Origin: Azolla caroliniana
Lineage: Eukaryota; Plantae; Polypodiophyta
NCBI GenBank assembly: GCA_043228905.1
Contig: JBHGNT010000017.1
Location: forward strand, 17,980,001-18,044,000
Reading direction: 5' to 3'
Length of the DNA: 64,000 nt
Each line of letters opens with the position of its first letter. Within the stretch, counting starts at the first letter, position 1. The notes beneath the pieces are model-generated. The model worked only from the letters and a program-made list of their open reading frames with translations. It was not told where the DNA came from and did not search any database. The translations under genes were made by a program, and so were the position numbers. Positions 11,845 to 24,800 of this stretch are shown one piece after another.

Positions 11845-13799
11845 GCCTTTCTCCTCTCATAATTTTCAGTTGAAATCGGTCCCTTTTTGAGGCGCCTGTA
11901 AAGGATGGATTCCCAAGGCCAGCATCTAGCTGCCCCGTGATTTTCGATACCAAATTCCGACCTACCATCATTCCTATAGACCTCTTTCATTACGGCCATA
12001 TAAACTGTACATTTCATGGTTTCTGGAGCTTGATTTTCATGGACATGATGATGATGATCGGAAACGTTGATGGAGTGATTTGCATTCTTATATACTTCAT
12101 CATTCATAGAGCTTTTTTCATAGAGAGGTATAGAACATTTAATGCTTTTGGGACTATTATTCTGGCCACAGGCAGACTGTATTCCACGTTCATATTCACC
12201 ACCACTCTCAGATGAGTGTTTTTTATCACCATTGGCATACATCTGTTTATCTTCTAGTCCTGGACTTCTCGATTCACGTTTCCTTGAGGTTGCAAACTCT
12301 TTATCATCTTCATATTTGTAGGCTGACCTTTGCTCAGGACTCCGAGATGGGGAATAATCACCTTTCCATAACTTTGAGGAGGAGAGTGTTTGTGATGGAT
12401 GTGAATATGAAGAATGAGATAGCAAGTGTGACTCTGATGTCGGAGATTTTGACCCCTTATCTGCTTTCTGTGAATGTGAACTCACCCTCGATGGAGAAGT
12501 TGATGATTGCAAACGAGAACTTGATGACTTTGAGGGGGAATGCTGAGATTGAGACATAGAACTCGATGTATGTGATTCAGTCGTTGATGATCCTGATCCT
12601 GATGTTGAGTGAGACTTGGAACTTGATTCAGATTCTGAGGAGGTGGAAGAAGCCTTAGGGCTTCCTGAGCGAGACTTTGAAATTGAGGATAACTTCCTTC
12701 GTTTCCTGGGAGATTGCAATGATTTCTTACTAGAACTCTTATGCTTCCTATCGCTCTTGTCTCGGCTAGTGTCCTTTGGGTGCTTAGACCTATGATATGC
12801 ATGTCTATTATTTTCCTGGTATCCAGTGTCTACTTGATTATGGTGTCTTCTGTCACCTGTAGAGGTGTGTCTTCTCATATTGTTCCTTCCATATCTTCCC
12901 TCCATACCTCTATTGAATATCCTTCTAGAGCCATCCATCCCTCTAAACCTACGTCCACCCACACCTCTGAGTCGCCCAACTCCTCTGAAATGTCTCATGT
13001 CATTTCTCCCCACATCATAACTATCCCTACGATGCATACCATTCATTCTTTGTCGCTTAACATTTTCAGTCTCACCATAGTTATAGAATCGTTCCTGACG
13101 TTTACCTGGGGCAAAGTCACGGCCCCTTTTATGCATGCCATGTGAATAACGATGTCCATCTGATGACTGCCTCCGATGCTTATCCTCAGTGGGCCCTTTT
13201 GATCTCTTCTGTACATTACCCTTGTCATCTTCTCGGGCATCTGACATATGGCCTTCATTCTCTCTGTTTTCATCACCCATTAAATGGTCGAGAGACCCCT
13301 CAGTATGAGGATCCCATCGACCTGTATCCAATGGATCCACCTCTTTCGTCTCATTATCAAATGCCAATTGTGGGTCTTTCCCCTCCTCTTCATTTTCAAC
13401 AGTTTGAACTCCATCATCACCAGTCCCCAAGTCGTCTTTTGTTTTATCCAAGAGCTTGTTCCCTCTCCTTTCATCCTCTGAAGTTCTATCAGATGATCGT
13501 CTCCTGGTAGGTTGAATCTCATGTTTGTCCCATGAACGCCTTCTCACATAATTTCCTTTGTCTGAAGACCTTTGGAAAGGTCTCCGTGTCTTGGCCCAAG
13601 ATAATGATGCACGTGCACCACATATTGACTTCCCTTGCAAAGTTATGAGTGCCCTCTCAGCATCTCGATGCTCTTCATACATAGCAAAGGCAAACCCATC
13701 TTTCAGAACTATTTTGCTTTTGCCGAACCTTCTAAATGTATTTTCAAGATCCTGGTGTCGAACATGAGAGGATAGGTCCCCGATAAACAGTGACCACAT
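11769..13799 (-). CDS. RRM + Ser/Arg-rich protein (plant SR splicing factor 4-like family), single coding exon
   Basis: N-terminal RRM (LFIGDLS..., KDGFAFAMY), long RS/S-rich middle, C-terminal WPWESILYRRLKKGPISTENY...IRSSSGW; probable 5'UTR intron ~13808-15197. Confidence 0.85.
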   Translation of the reverse strand: MWSLFIGDLSSHVRHQDLENTFRRFGKSKIVLKDGFAFAMYEEHRDAERALITLQGKSICGARASLSWAKTRRPFQRSSDKGNYVRRRSWDKHEIQPTRRRSSDRTSEDERRGNKLLDKTKDDLGTGDDGVQTVENEEEGKDPQLAFDNETKEVDPLDTGRWDPHTEGSLDHLMGDENRENEGHMSDAREDDKGNVQKRSKGPTEDKHRRQSSDGHRYSHGMHKRGRDFAPGKRQERFYNYGETENVKRQRMNGMHRRDSYDVGRNDMRHFRGVGRLRGVGGRRFRGMDGSRRIFNRGMEGRYGRNNMRRHTSTGDRRHHNQVDTGYQENNRHAYHRSKHPKDTSRDKSDRKHKSSSKKSLQSPRKRRKLSSISKSRSGSPKASSTSSESESSSKSHSTSGSGSSTTESHTSSSMSQSQHSPSKSSSSRLQSSTSPSRVSSHSQKADKGSKSPTSESHLLSHSSYSHPSQTLSSSKLWKGDYSPSRSPEQRSAYKYEDDKEFATSRKRESRSPGLEDKQMYANGDKKHSSESGGEYERGIQSACGQNNSPKSIKCSIPLYEKSSMNDEVYKNANHSINVSDHHHHVHENQAPETMKCTVYMAVMKEVYRNDGRSEFGIENHGAARCWPWESILYRRLKKGPISTENYERRKAQNEEFGIKDRFIRSSSGWWEKPLE

Positions 13800-15804
13800 T
13801 TACGCACCTGAGTTTTCAAAGCTACAATTAGAATAATGAGCCATTCTAAACAAAGCATAAAAAATAAAATGTTCAATATGGATAGGACATTAAGATTCTG
13901 CAATTGGATGAGAAGATTTACACATGGAATTTAAACATGCCTCGTCAGGATTAACACAATTTTTAATAAACGCTAAATAACAAGTAAAATGAACAGAAAT
14001 GATACAAAAACTTAATGAGTAGACAGTTTTTAATTTGAATATGTCCTGAATCAGACAACCCAACCTTCAACTAAGCAAACCAGGCCTACATCTAAAATTT
14101 CCAAGCATGGAATATTGCAAGCTTTATAAGGCCAGAATATTCTCGGCTTACAGATGTCTTGAGTATATATGAGTGAGTGAAAGGCACAGAAGTACAAAGA
14201 CATAAAAGAGACAGATTATGATTTATGGAAAACAAACTGTAATGGAAAACTTCAGCATGTTGTGAGCCACTTGCTATTAACTTTCTAATGTCATTTTGAC
14301 ACATGATGACTTTTATTGCAATTGCCCAAGAGAAGGGTGCAGTTAATAAAACAGAGCAATGACTTATTAACATCACATGGAATTTATGATGCACACAATA
14401 ATGTCAAATGAAGTATCAAATATACATATATATACACGACAAAGCAATGTAAAGATTAAGGGACCTCAAGTGATCAATAATTTACAAATGATAAGAGTAA
14501 ATAAAAGGTCATGGAACTTTAAAAGAATAAAATGTCAGTTTAATATATCCTTCTGGGGTTATTATCTGTCTGGAAACCTTGAAATAATGGCTTAATGATG
14601 CTTTCTCAAAAACCTCGCACTAATGGCTTTCCGAGACTATAGCCCCTATGGAAACTTTAAAATATTGAGCCATTATGACCTTCACAATTCATTCAAACTG
14701 GAATCAATCGGAGAACTTCTCTTTAAACCCGAAAAAAGAGCCTTTCTTGAAACAGAGAAATTGAGGGCCATTCCTTAAACAAAACAAAAACATGAGCCTT
14801 CCGTGAAAGAGTTTGAGCCTTAATCCATCCATTTTTTCAAACAAAATTAGATTCTTTTCAACACAAAATCCAGTCTTGATTCAGACTTTCTGGAGCGAGA
14901 ACTGATCCTTTCAAAAACAGATTTCAGATTATCTAAAACAAGAACTGGGGAGTATTATATTGACGCCACATTTGCAGACATTTCCCAAAAGGAGACCTAA
15001 CAATACACACATTCTGCCTCGTACACAAAAACCATGAGCTTCTGTGAATGAACGAAACGAGAAAGAAAGGAGAGAAGGATGAAAAGCATGAACTTCTGTA
15101 AATGAAAGAAACCAGAGACAGAGGGAGGAATAACTGGAAAATAATAATATAAAAAATAAATAATAATAAAAAACCAAGAAAGAGAGAGGAAGCTTACCAG
15201 ATCTTGCAGGTATGGAGAAACAAGCGATGGGATCCTCTTTCTCCTAGAAGGATCAGAAGCTTCTAGACACAAAATCAAGCAAGCAGATGAAAGAAGAAAG
15301 AAGCAGCACAAAAGAAAACAATCTGTGTGATCAAAGCTCTGGGAGCAGGCAAGATTGGCTGCTTTTTCATCCAGCAAGAGGAGAACCCATCATCATTATC
15401 ATCACCATCACCATCACCATCACCATTGTTGGGCTTCCTTCCTTCACCACCACTACTGCCCACAAACCTCAGACCCACCTCAGATTTTTGTCATGTATCT
15501 ATTGTATATACATATGCATGTATATATGTACATATGTACATATATTGTCGTCTGTCATACAGTCTGAGCCAAGCACTCTGCACTGCCCTATGCATCTCTC
15601 TTCTTCTTGGCAATGCCATTGCCCCGCCCCTGGGTCCCGCCCGCCCTGAGTGCTCGGGTTCCCGACATGTAGGCTTCGGTTCCGGGACACGATAGATAGA
15701 TAGATAGATATAGACTTCATTGACGGGACATGCTCCCCACTCTGGGCTTCGGTCCGATGACTCGCCCCGCGACGCCAAACACACACTTTGATCGAATCAT
15801 GTCG

Positions 15805-16260
15805 TTGGCCTTTGATCTGATCTGAACTTCGATGCATCGAGATCATATGGATTAAGATTTTTTTTCCCGATAACACGAAATAGTGGTGTCCGATGCAATG
15901 ACACCGCTACACTCCGATCGATCGATGATGCGAGCATGGCCCCTGAATTAGTGGCCTTATTGGCCTTTTGATCTTATCTAGACTTTGATGCAATTTAGAG
16001 TTCGATGCATCGAGATCATGTGGATTAAGATTTTTCCCGATGACACAAAATAGTGGCATTTGATGCGATGACACCTCTACGCTCCGATCGATCAATGATG
16101 TCGCACGGCCCCCGGAAGTGTTGGCCATGACCTAATAATGTGGACTTCAATGTGCCGCTTGATAATGTCTACAATTCAGAGCGTCGCAAAATTGCCGTTT
16201 GATGTTTCAAGATCATATAGACTGCAATTATTCATAATGACACAATATAGTGCATCATGT
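15805..16260. repeat. ~173-bp diverged tandem repeat (2 clear + 1 degenerate copy)
   Basis: ttcgatgcatcgagatcat at ~15828 and ~16001, degenerate tttgatgtttcaagatcat at ~16198. Confidence 0.75.
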
Positions 16261-17419
16261 GATCACATGACATAGACTACGGTGATTTAAAAGAACATTA
16301 TGTAGACTTTGATGCAAGGACGTCGTGTGCAAACTCAATGTATTAATTACATGGTGCATATTATGCTTGGCATGATCGTTGCATCTTACTCCTGTTTGGG
16401 GGCTTCAATATTATTACAATATGTATAGAATTCAATATGAGCTACTTGCAATTGTATATCGTTATAGTTGGCTATCTACCAGATTCATGTCTTCTTTTCT
16501 TGACATGGGATCACTTTAGTGTCATAATAATGTATACGGCGGCGCATAGTACATGGAGCATGCTTATTCATATTGGGTTTCAATGCCATAAATGTTGATG
16601 TATGCACTGCAATCCAAGGACATATACCATAAGTTACATGCAATTGCAAGATGTTACTACTACTTGACTATTTGTGGTATCACAAGTTACAAGAGAGCTC
16701 TGTAAGATTTTCCATTATAGGAACTTCAATCCTTAATCAATGATACACACCCACTCCATAAGTAAATTAGATATCCTCATTCTCAAGAAGAAATCCACGT
16801 TTGTGTGATATAATAAATGTCGAAATCCTAAAATTGGTGGAGAATCCAATTTCTAACCATAGTCTACATGAATCCAATTTCTGACCATAAATGCATAATT
16901 GTTGCAATGCACATTCGATGGTATTATCTTTATGGAGTATCTCCTCGATCAACAACATTTCACATACACGTCATAGGTGGAGTTTGGCATTTGGCAAGGG
17001 CACACACCATGTTTGTGTATGTATTAGGACGATGATTGATCACGACACAAGCAATTGGGAGGTACATGATACAAATATATATGAATGCAGGTCCTAATAT
17101 ATGGTGCAATGGCGACAAAATGATATTATGCATGAAGAGACGCGAACAAGTTCACATTCAATCAGACTAGAAACGCAATCAATACCATCAAAAATTTGTT
17201 CCCCTTGAAATTTGGTAAGATGGGGCGCTTTTATTATTATTATCCAGATCGGACGGTGCAGATTGCACGTGTCCTTAGCAAAGCACCCTGCACTGTTCAT
17301 GGCCGTGATTCCCTCGCGAGCCCTCTTTATGATTTGGGTGCAAATAGAGACGGCCCGGGCATAATACCTAAAATACTGAATGCATAGTACGTAAAATTCG
17401 CGTTCGTCTAGCATAACAT

Positions 17420-17835
17420 ATTCATTTTCCTACATTGGAAAATGAATGCGAATGTTATTCAAACATTCTTGTGTTTTTTTTTTTGTTTTTTCCCTAATTT
17501 TTAGGCTTATTTACCTCATAATAAATAGTTAATCCAAAAGTATGGTATTTATCATTCTTTGAGGGTGTTTTTCTTACGAGAATGATGGAAACATTCGCGA
17601 ATGCGAATATACGTATGGTAAACATTCCTTTTCCATACGAATGAAAACGAATGAAAACGTTTTCAAAACATTCTTATGTTTTTTTTAACACTTTTTACCT
17701 TAACTTTCTTACTTTAAAAAGAAATTACCGTATAATAAATAATGATTACAAAAGTATGATATTTACCATACTCTGAGGGTGTTGACCATACTCGAAGGAT
17801 TGAAACATTCGAGAATGCGAATACAAGTATGGTTC
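17420..17835. repeat. ~214-bp direct repeat, 2 copies, upstream of TRAPPC4
   Basis: ataaata..caaaagtatg.tatttа..at.ct.tgagggtgtt at ~17521 and ~17735; gaaacattcg.gaatgcgaata twice. Confidence 0.75.
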
Positions 17836-17947
17836 ATACTATGACAGGCATACATACATACATACATACATACATACATACATACATACATTACGTACTC
17901 TGTATATTGTATGTGTATGTGTATATAGCTCTGCTACAGATCCAGCC

Positions 17948-20414
17948 ATGGCGAGCATCTACAATCTCTTCATCATCAACAAATCAGGCGGCTTGATCTT
18001 CTACAAGGTAAACCTGTCGACAACCTTCCTTCCTTCTTTCTGCCTGTTTCTCCCTCTCTGCAGAGGTCAAGAGGACAACAGAGTATAAATCAAGCGCCTG
18101 AGTTTACCTAAATTGTGGATGGTTCAGGACTATGGCTCAAATGGTCGCTTAGACACAAATGATAGCTTGAGGTTAGCCAGCCTATGGCATTCTATGCATG
18201 CCATCTCGCAGCAACTTTCTCCCACTCAAGGATGTGGTGGTATTGAGCTCCTTGAAGCAGATACTTTTGATCTTCATTGCTTCCAATCTCTCACGGGTAA
18301 GATTTCCTTGCAAATCTCCCAAAAGGTTTTGATTCTCTCATAATTTTCCATATGATAATGCCTTTTTGTATGTGTATTTCACAATCTGATCATATATGTA
18401 GTCTTATTAACTTGCAACTAGCCTGTAACATCCTTAGCACCATAAAACTCTTTGATTTTCTAACTACAGGGTATGTTGATATATCCCTTTTTTCTTGCAC
18501 ATGATGTTTGTGTTTTCATTTCCCAATGATTTGAAGCTGAAAAATGCCATTTCTTGTGACTGTCTGCCTCCATGCCTTGTGGGCTAGTCTCAAGGATGTC
18601 ATCATGATAGGGATATCTTTGCTTTGGTGTCCATCTCCTCACCTGAATTAGCATTGGTGATTACATCCAACTCATATATTACAGGGCAACTTGAACAACT
18701 TATCAAATAATCGAAACTTCATCCTGGCTTATTGTAATTGAATGTTGATGTCTGCTCTCATGTGCTCCTGAATTAGCATGTTGCCTTCTCCTCAGCGGCA
18801 CTTATCTTCCTGAGCAATTGCACTACAAACGTGATTACAAAGTATGTGTATGACCATGTGGCTAAAAATGGAAGACTATATGGATAAAAATAATAGATAC
18901 ATTATTTCATCTTGATTTTGATTTATGAAATGTTCCATGTATGTCACAACTTCCTCTAGGCCCTTGACAATTATGTCAGATTTCCTTCAGAAGAGCACCT
19001 GAAACTGAGCAGAGCCTTGTAGAAATGTATCTGCACAAAAGGGAGTTACATTGGCAAGGGCATAAGTTTTGAGGCCATAGTTCTATTGCAGATATATTGG
19101 TCTCAGTTAGGCGAGCCAACTGAATTGCATTGAAGAGCATGCCTTTGGTCTTTCACAAGTTTGTTCTGTAGTAGATATGACAAGACTTTTGTAGTACAGG
19201 AATGTGATCTTAGAATCTATATGCTGTGTTCAACTTGAGCACAATGTTATTCAGGAAGGGGAAGATAGAAGTCTGTGTTCCCTTGCATTGCTCAGCACTC
19301 CTATCTCGTGCACTGTACACCTCGTGAGAATAAGGAACAAAAGACATCAAGTTATGAAGAGAGGACAGGAGGGCCTGCTTTCTCTTGCACTTCCGCTCAT
19401 CTCACCCACTTACAATTAATTCAATCTCTGTTGGTCAGGTAGCGGAATTAGTGTTTCCTTACAGTTTTTTCCAGATGAGATATTAGTAACTGGTTAAGTT
19501 TCCTCAATAACCGTATTTTGCTGATTGAGAATTCTGAAAGCCTTATAATCTCGTATCTTTAAGCAGCCACTGAAGCACAATCCTTTGGAGCCAATTGCTT
19601 CGCAATCCATTCTTGAGTTTCTCTCTAGAAAGGACCCATTTCTTCAAATCCACAGTTTGAGGTTTTTGGCCTGTCACATCTAAAATTCATTGCAATCCCA
19701 GCTTAGAAAGCATGGGTTAAGTGGTGTGAAGCTAATCACAGGGAAAACAGAGATACAATGCAGAGAACAATGATGGCTTAAAGTCATCTGACACTTACAT
19801 AGATACAAAAAGAAGAATTGATAAAATATCGAAGGATGAATTAATTACTTGCAAGAAGACAAATACTGATGGCTATCAGCCTGACATGTGTTCCACTATG
19901 GACTGATCCTCGCTACATGCATGTACTTTGTACCTTTTTAGATTTTGGCACATGATTGCATGTGATCTGTAGTATGCTTGTGCAATGCACAACATACATA
20001 TGACCGCTTACCTCGAGTTATATCTACAAATTTAAGGTTACCTTAACAAACATTGTGCTTCTGCAGATTTGAATGGAGTTATAAATGTATAATAAGTAAT
20101 GATTTTCTTTGATATATGTATATCTGTATGTATATGTATATGTTTTAACTTTCTCCCTATGAGACAAGATATATCACATTATGCTTCTTTCAATTCGTTG
20201 TTAAATTATATTGACAGGGATGAAGTTTTTTGTGGTCGTCGAGCCAGGTGCTCAAGGAATGGATTCCTTATTGAAGAATATATATGATTTGTATGTGGAC
20301 TATGTTTTAAAGAACCCCTTCTATGAGGTTGAGATGCCCATTCGTTGTGAATTATTTGAATTGAATTTGTTCCAATTCGTTCGGAAAGAAAGACTGATGT
20401 CTGGTGCCAGATAA
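17948..20414 (+). CDS. TRAPPC4: Trafficking protein particle complex subunit 4 (sybindin/Trs23); exons 17948-18007, 18128-18296, 20218-20414
   Basis: Spliced product [47 protein letters not shown]...[12 protein letters not shown]...[20 protein letters not shown]; GT-AG boundaries keep frame. Confidence 0.95.
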
Positions 20415-21094
20415 CATACTCGAAATTAAGATTCCAAAAGTCGTTGCCCTGTTAACAATCTCTCTTATGTTTCATATTTGGCAAGTTTAGGTTCAAACTA
20501 GTTGCAGCAAACAAAGGGTTCATAAGTCCTGTTTTTCCCCCTTCAAATGCAATTTTGTTTATTTTGTAGAGAACCTCTCATGCCAACAAAGACATTCTTA
20601 AGTTTTGTTTGTGAAATTCTTGGAATATGTCAACAATATGTAAGATCTTGATATGGCTGCAAAAGATCGATAGAAATAATATTGCTAGACTAACTTGTAG
20701 TCTATTAAACAAAGCTTTTAATCCAAGTAGAGAAGAGGTAAATTACACTGCCAATGATTGACTTGCTTCTTAATGTCGCGTATGCGAGTGTAATTTGTTC
20801 ATTATACAAACATGAGATTGGTAGACATGTCAACTTTCGTGTATGGAACGAAACTTAAACGTTCTTTGTTAGTATGAGTATATTAGTGAGTTTGGCTGGT
20901 GATTTTTTTTACTATTGAATGTTCCAATTGAGAGTGCACATTGTGATTGATAGTGGAAAGTATAATGATATGCCAAATTAGAAGATTTGGAGAAAACAAA
21001 CTTCATTGTGATTGGGAATATTGCATTGTATGTGAGAGTGGTTCTCTAGTTCAGAAAACTGTTTCTTTAGTTTTGGTGCATCACATCCCATCTC

Positions 21095-21146
<52 letters not shown>

Positions 21147-21376
21147 GAATAGATTTCTTATTGTCCATAAGGAGGCCAAAGTTACGGGGTAAGGAACTAA
21201 TGCAAATAGATAGTTTCTAATGACTATTCCAACTTGCTTGGAGTCTACACTCATGCATACCTTCCACCAATTTGCAGTTGGGATATCATTGACAAGAAAA
21301 CTGAAGCTTTGCACCACTTGTATTGGCTCTCTTTTATGTGAAATTGGGGTAGTGTCTTGGTTGTATAGATTGATAG

Positions 21377-21741
21377 ATTTTTTCCATATCTTGTATCCAA
21401 CTAGAACACAAAAGTTTGCTTTTATGTGTCTTTTATTTTGTTTCCCATGTGATTCTGGGAAGTTGATGTGAGGGACTATTTTAAACCTTAATCTCAATGG
21501 TAAGTGATCCGGTCTTAAGTAGGAGGGTGTATTTGGTTCTTGATTGTAGAAATTTTACTAGAAAATGTTTTTTGACATTTTCGAACTCTTTCCAAGTTGA
21601 TTTTGGGATGCTAATTCCCACCCTTCCACCCCATAGAGAAGAACTAGTGTCACCGATTTAGTGTTGAAAAGGTATTTCTTGAGGACCCAACACTCAATTT
21701 CTCCATGATTGCATGTGTTCTCAAATGCATAATATGCTCTC
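21377..21741 (-). mobile_element. LINE RT fragment, same family as 26731-30445
   Basis: Reverse complement aligns to ~29428-29840 with indels. Confidence 0.85.
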
Positions 21742-21790
21742 AGTTATTGTTGGATGTAATCATATGTTTCATTAATATAGCTTCTTGTTC

Positions 21791-21846
<56 letters not shown>

Positions 21847-24800
21847 GCGTCTTACGTACACACATAGTTCACTTCTGATGCACAACATTAGCTACGTTAC
21901 CTGTTTCTTTACATGGTATCAGAGCGTGTGGTTTTCTGATCGAGGTTATTCAACTGTGTTGTGCTACACACTGACAATCAATAGAACCAGTTCAACAACA
22001 CAGAAGAAATCAACATTATGAATACTCAGATGGGAAGGGCTCTTCCTACAAAGAAGCTTAACAGAACAAACTTTGCATCTTGGGAATACAAGATGCATCA
22101 ATATGTTGTTGGACAAGGTTATTGGAGCTATATTGAAAGAGCTCACAAAACGCAACCCAACCCAATGCAAGCAGACTACCCAACCGTGGAGCAAGACGCA
22201 AGCCGTTGTATTGCCTTGCATCATACATTCATGATCACATGCTCGACTATATTCGAGAGGCAAAAACGCCAAACGAAGATTGGGGAAATCTCAAGAAGAT
22301 TTTCGTAGCCAACACAGTTGCACGAAAGCTCCAACTCTGACAGGAGTTAAACAATATACAATAGAGGGATATGTTGATCAACAGTTATACCTTGAAGATC
22401 AAGGAGTTGTGTGATGCCCTCAGGTCAATCAATGTCATCATCGACGATGATGAAATGGTGCAAATATGCCTTGGCGGCTTAGCACTGCGATTCGGGACGA
22501 TCAGATTGGCTATCCTGGCAAGGGAGAATCCTCCCTCTTTTTTCGACCTTCAATCGATACTATTGGTTGAAGAAAATCATGCCTAACAAAGGAGCAATGC
22601 ACGTAATGGTCAGATGCTTTACTCCCAATCAAACAATGGAAGAGGATTCAGCCGGGGAAAAAGAGACCGATTTAGTCGAGACCGATAGGGTCAGTTGACC
22701 TGAGAATGCAATTCCCATCATTGGCAAGAGGCCAGAAACACTCCAAAACCTAGGGAGTTCGGTAGAAGGGGGAACCATCTTGCCGAACCAAGCCACCAAA
22801 ACAACTCGATTGAATGTGGGTATTGTGGAAAACTCGCCCACTACGAAGAGGAGTGTTGAAAGAAGAAATGTGAGTCGACTTCGACTAGTCGACAACTCAC
22901 AAACTATGCCACGAATTCCAATTATGACGATCATGGCGGGATGTTTGTAATGAGGCATAAAGGACATTCAATGTCGGCATAGGGCCCGACTAGTACCTCT
23001 TCCCTAGACTCTAGAGCATCCAATCACATGACATCTCACGAAGATTGGTTCTGGGAGTTGAGAAAGCTGGATCAACACGGTTATGTCGAAACCGAAGATG
23101 ACACAACTCACCTGATTCGGCATATCGGAAATGTTCCATTCAGAAATGACGACAAACAAACCTACCTCAAGAATGTCTTGCATGTCCCAACCATCACGAA
23201 AAACCCAGTGTCGATCGGCTAGATTGTTGAACAAGGCATGTAAGTATGATTCAACAATGACGGGTGCTTTATTGAAAAAGAAGGCCAACTAGTAGCTCAC
23301 GATCGAAGAGAAGGTTGAATGTTCATCTTCGAATTGAACGAGGTGAAGTAGGCTATGTTCGCAAAAGGTCGCAAAGTCAAAACCGACTTGAAATTGTGGC
23401 ACAAACGAATTGGCCACATCAATCTCCAAAAGCTCAAAGGAATGCAATTGAAAGGAGTCATCATTGGATACTCTCTTGACTTTTACCGAAAAGGAGATGA
23501 TAGGTGTATGTGAAGCCTGTCAGTTCGGCAAACAACCGTTCCAGAATGAGAGGAACGTGGGCAAAGGAGTCCTAGATGTAATACATTTAGATGTATGGGG
23601 ACCAGCCCAGATAGTAACGTTCGGTGGTTGTCGATATTATGTCACGTTTATCGACGACTTCTCTAGGCATACCTGGATTTACCCTATGCGGCAAAATAGG
23701 AAGTGTTTAGACACTTCTAAAGGTTTAAAAACGAAGTTGAAAAAGGCACAAGACGGCATGTCCAATGTCGTCGTTCGAATAGAGGCAATGAGTATTTCTC
23801 GGATGAATTTATAGGGTATCTCCGAAAGGAAGGAGTTCGACGAGAATTCTCATGCCGACACACACCTCAACAAAATAGAATAGCCGAACGCAAGAATCGA
23901 CACATAGCAGAGGTGGCAAGGGCAATGATGAACGAGAAGAACTTGCCAAAATTGTACTGGGCAGAAGCGACTAACACAATCGTCTATCTCATGAATAGGT
24001 GTACAACCTCTGGGGTACACGACGTAACCCCTCACAAGAAGTTCTTCAGAATGAAGCCAGATTTATCCCACATCCAAACATTCAACTCAATCGCCTATGT
24101 ACATATTCTTGACGAGAAGCGACAAAAGCTAGATCTGAAATCAGAGAAATGTATCCTCGTAGGGTAATCACTTGAACAAAAGGGATACAAGTGTTACAAT
24201 CCATCCACCCGAAAAGTTCGAGTGAGCTGAGACGTCGCTTTTGACAAGTCGGCATCTTGGTACGAACCAGAGACGATTCCGATTCCAATCCCACTCGAGC
24301 CAAAATCAGCCGAACGAGAGATAAAAGATGAAGATTGACTGAGATGCATGTTCGAAGAAAGTCTGATTACAACAAGGCTGAGTGAACCACAAGAGCCCCC
24401 AAGTGACCAAAGCACATCTCAGTCGAGTCCGAAGCTAGACAAAGGAAAGGCCAAAATGTCGGAACACGAAGACCCAATCAACAACGAGTCAACTCACTCC
24501 CTTGACAGTGAGTTCGAAGGCATGGACATCCCAATCATCCGAACGAAGGGAGCGAAGAAAGCCTTAGTCTCTAGAAATGAGAAGCTCCGTCACTCCACCA
24601 AAGAGAAACACCCAGTCAACTGATTCGACTACGATGAATATATGGCATATCATTATGCCTTTATGATGAAGGTGGCGACAATCTGAGAACTGGAAACGTT
24701 TTCCGAGGCAGCCAAGGATCCATGATGAATCGAAGCCATGAACGAGGAGATGCAGGCTCTATGCAAAAACAGGACATGGGATCTCGTCCCCTATTTACCA

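Noticed and set aside
11937-13767. Many plus-strand ORFs overlapping the SR gene
   Set aside because: Antisense shadows of a low-complexity ORF with no domain signal
16760-17100. Minus-strand VCPCQMP..YVKC resembling a PHD finger
   Set aside because: Remaining ligands are missing and stops intervene
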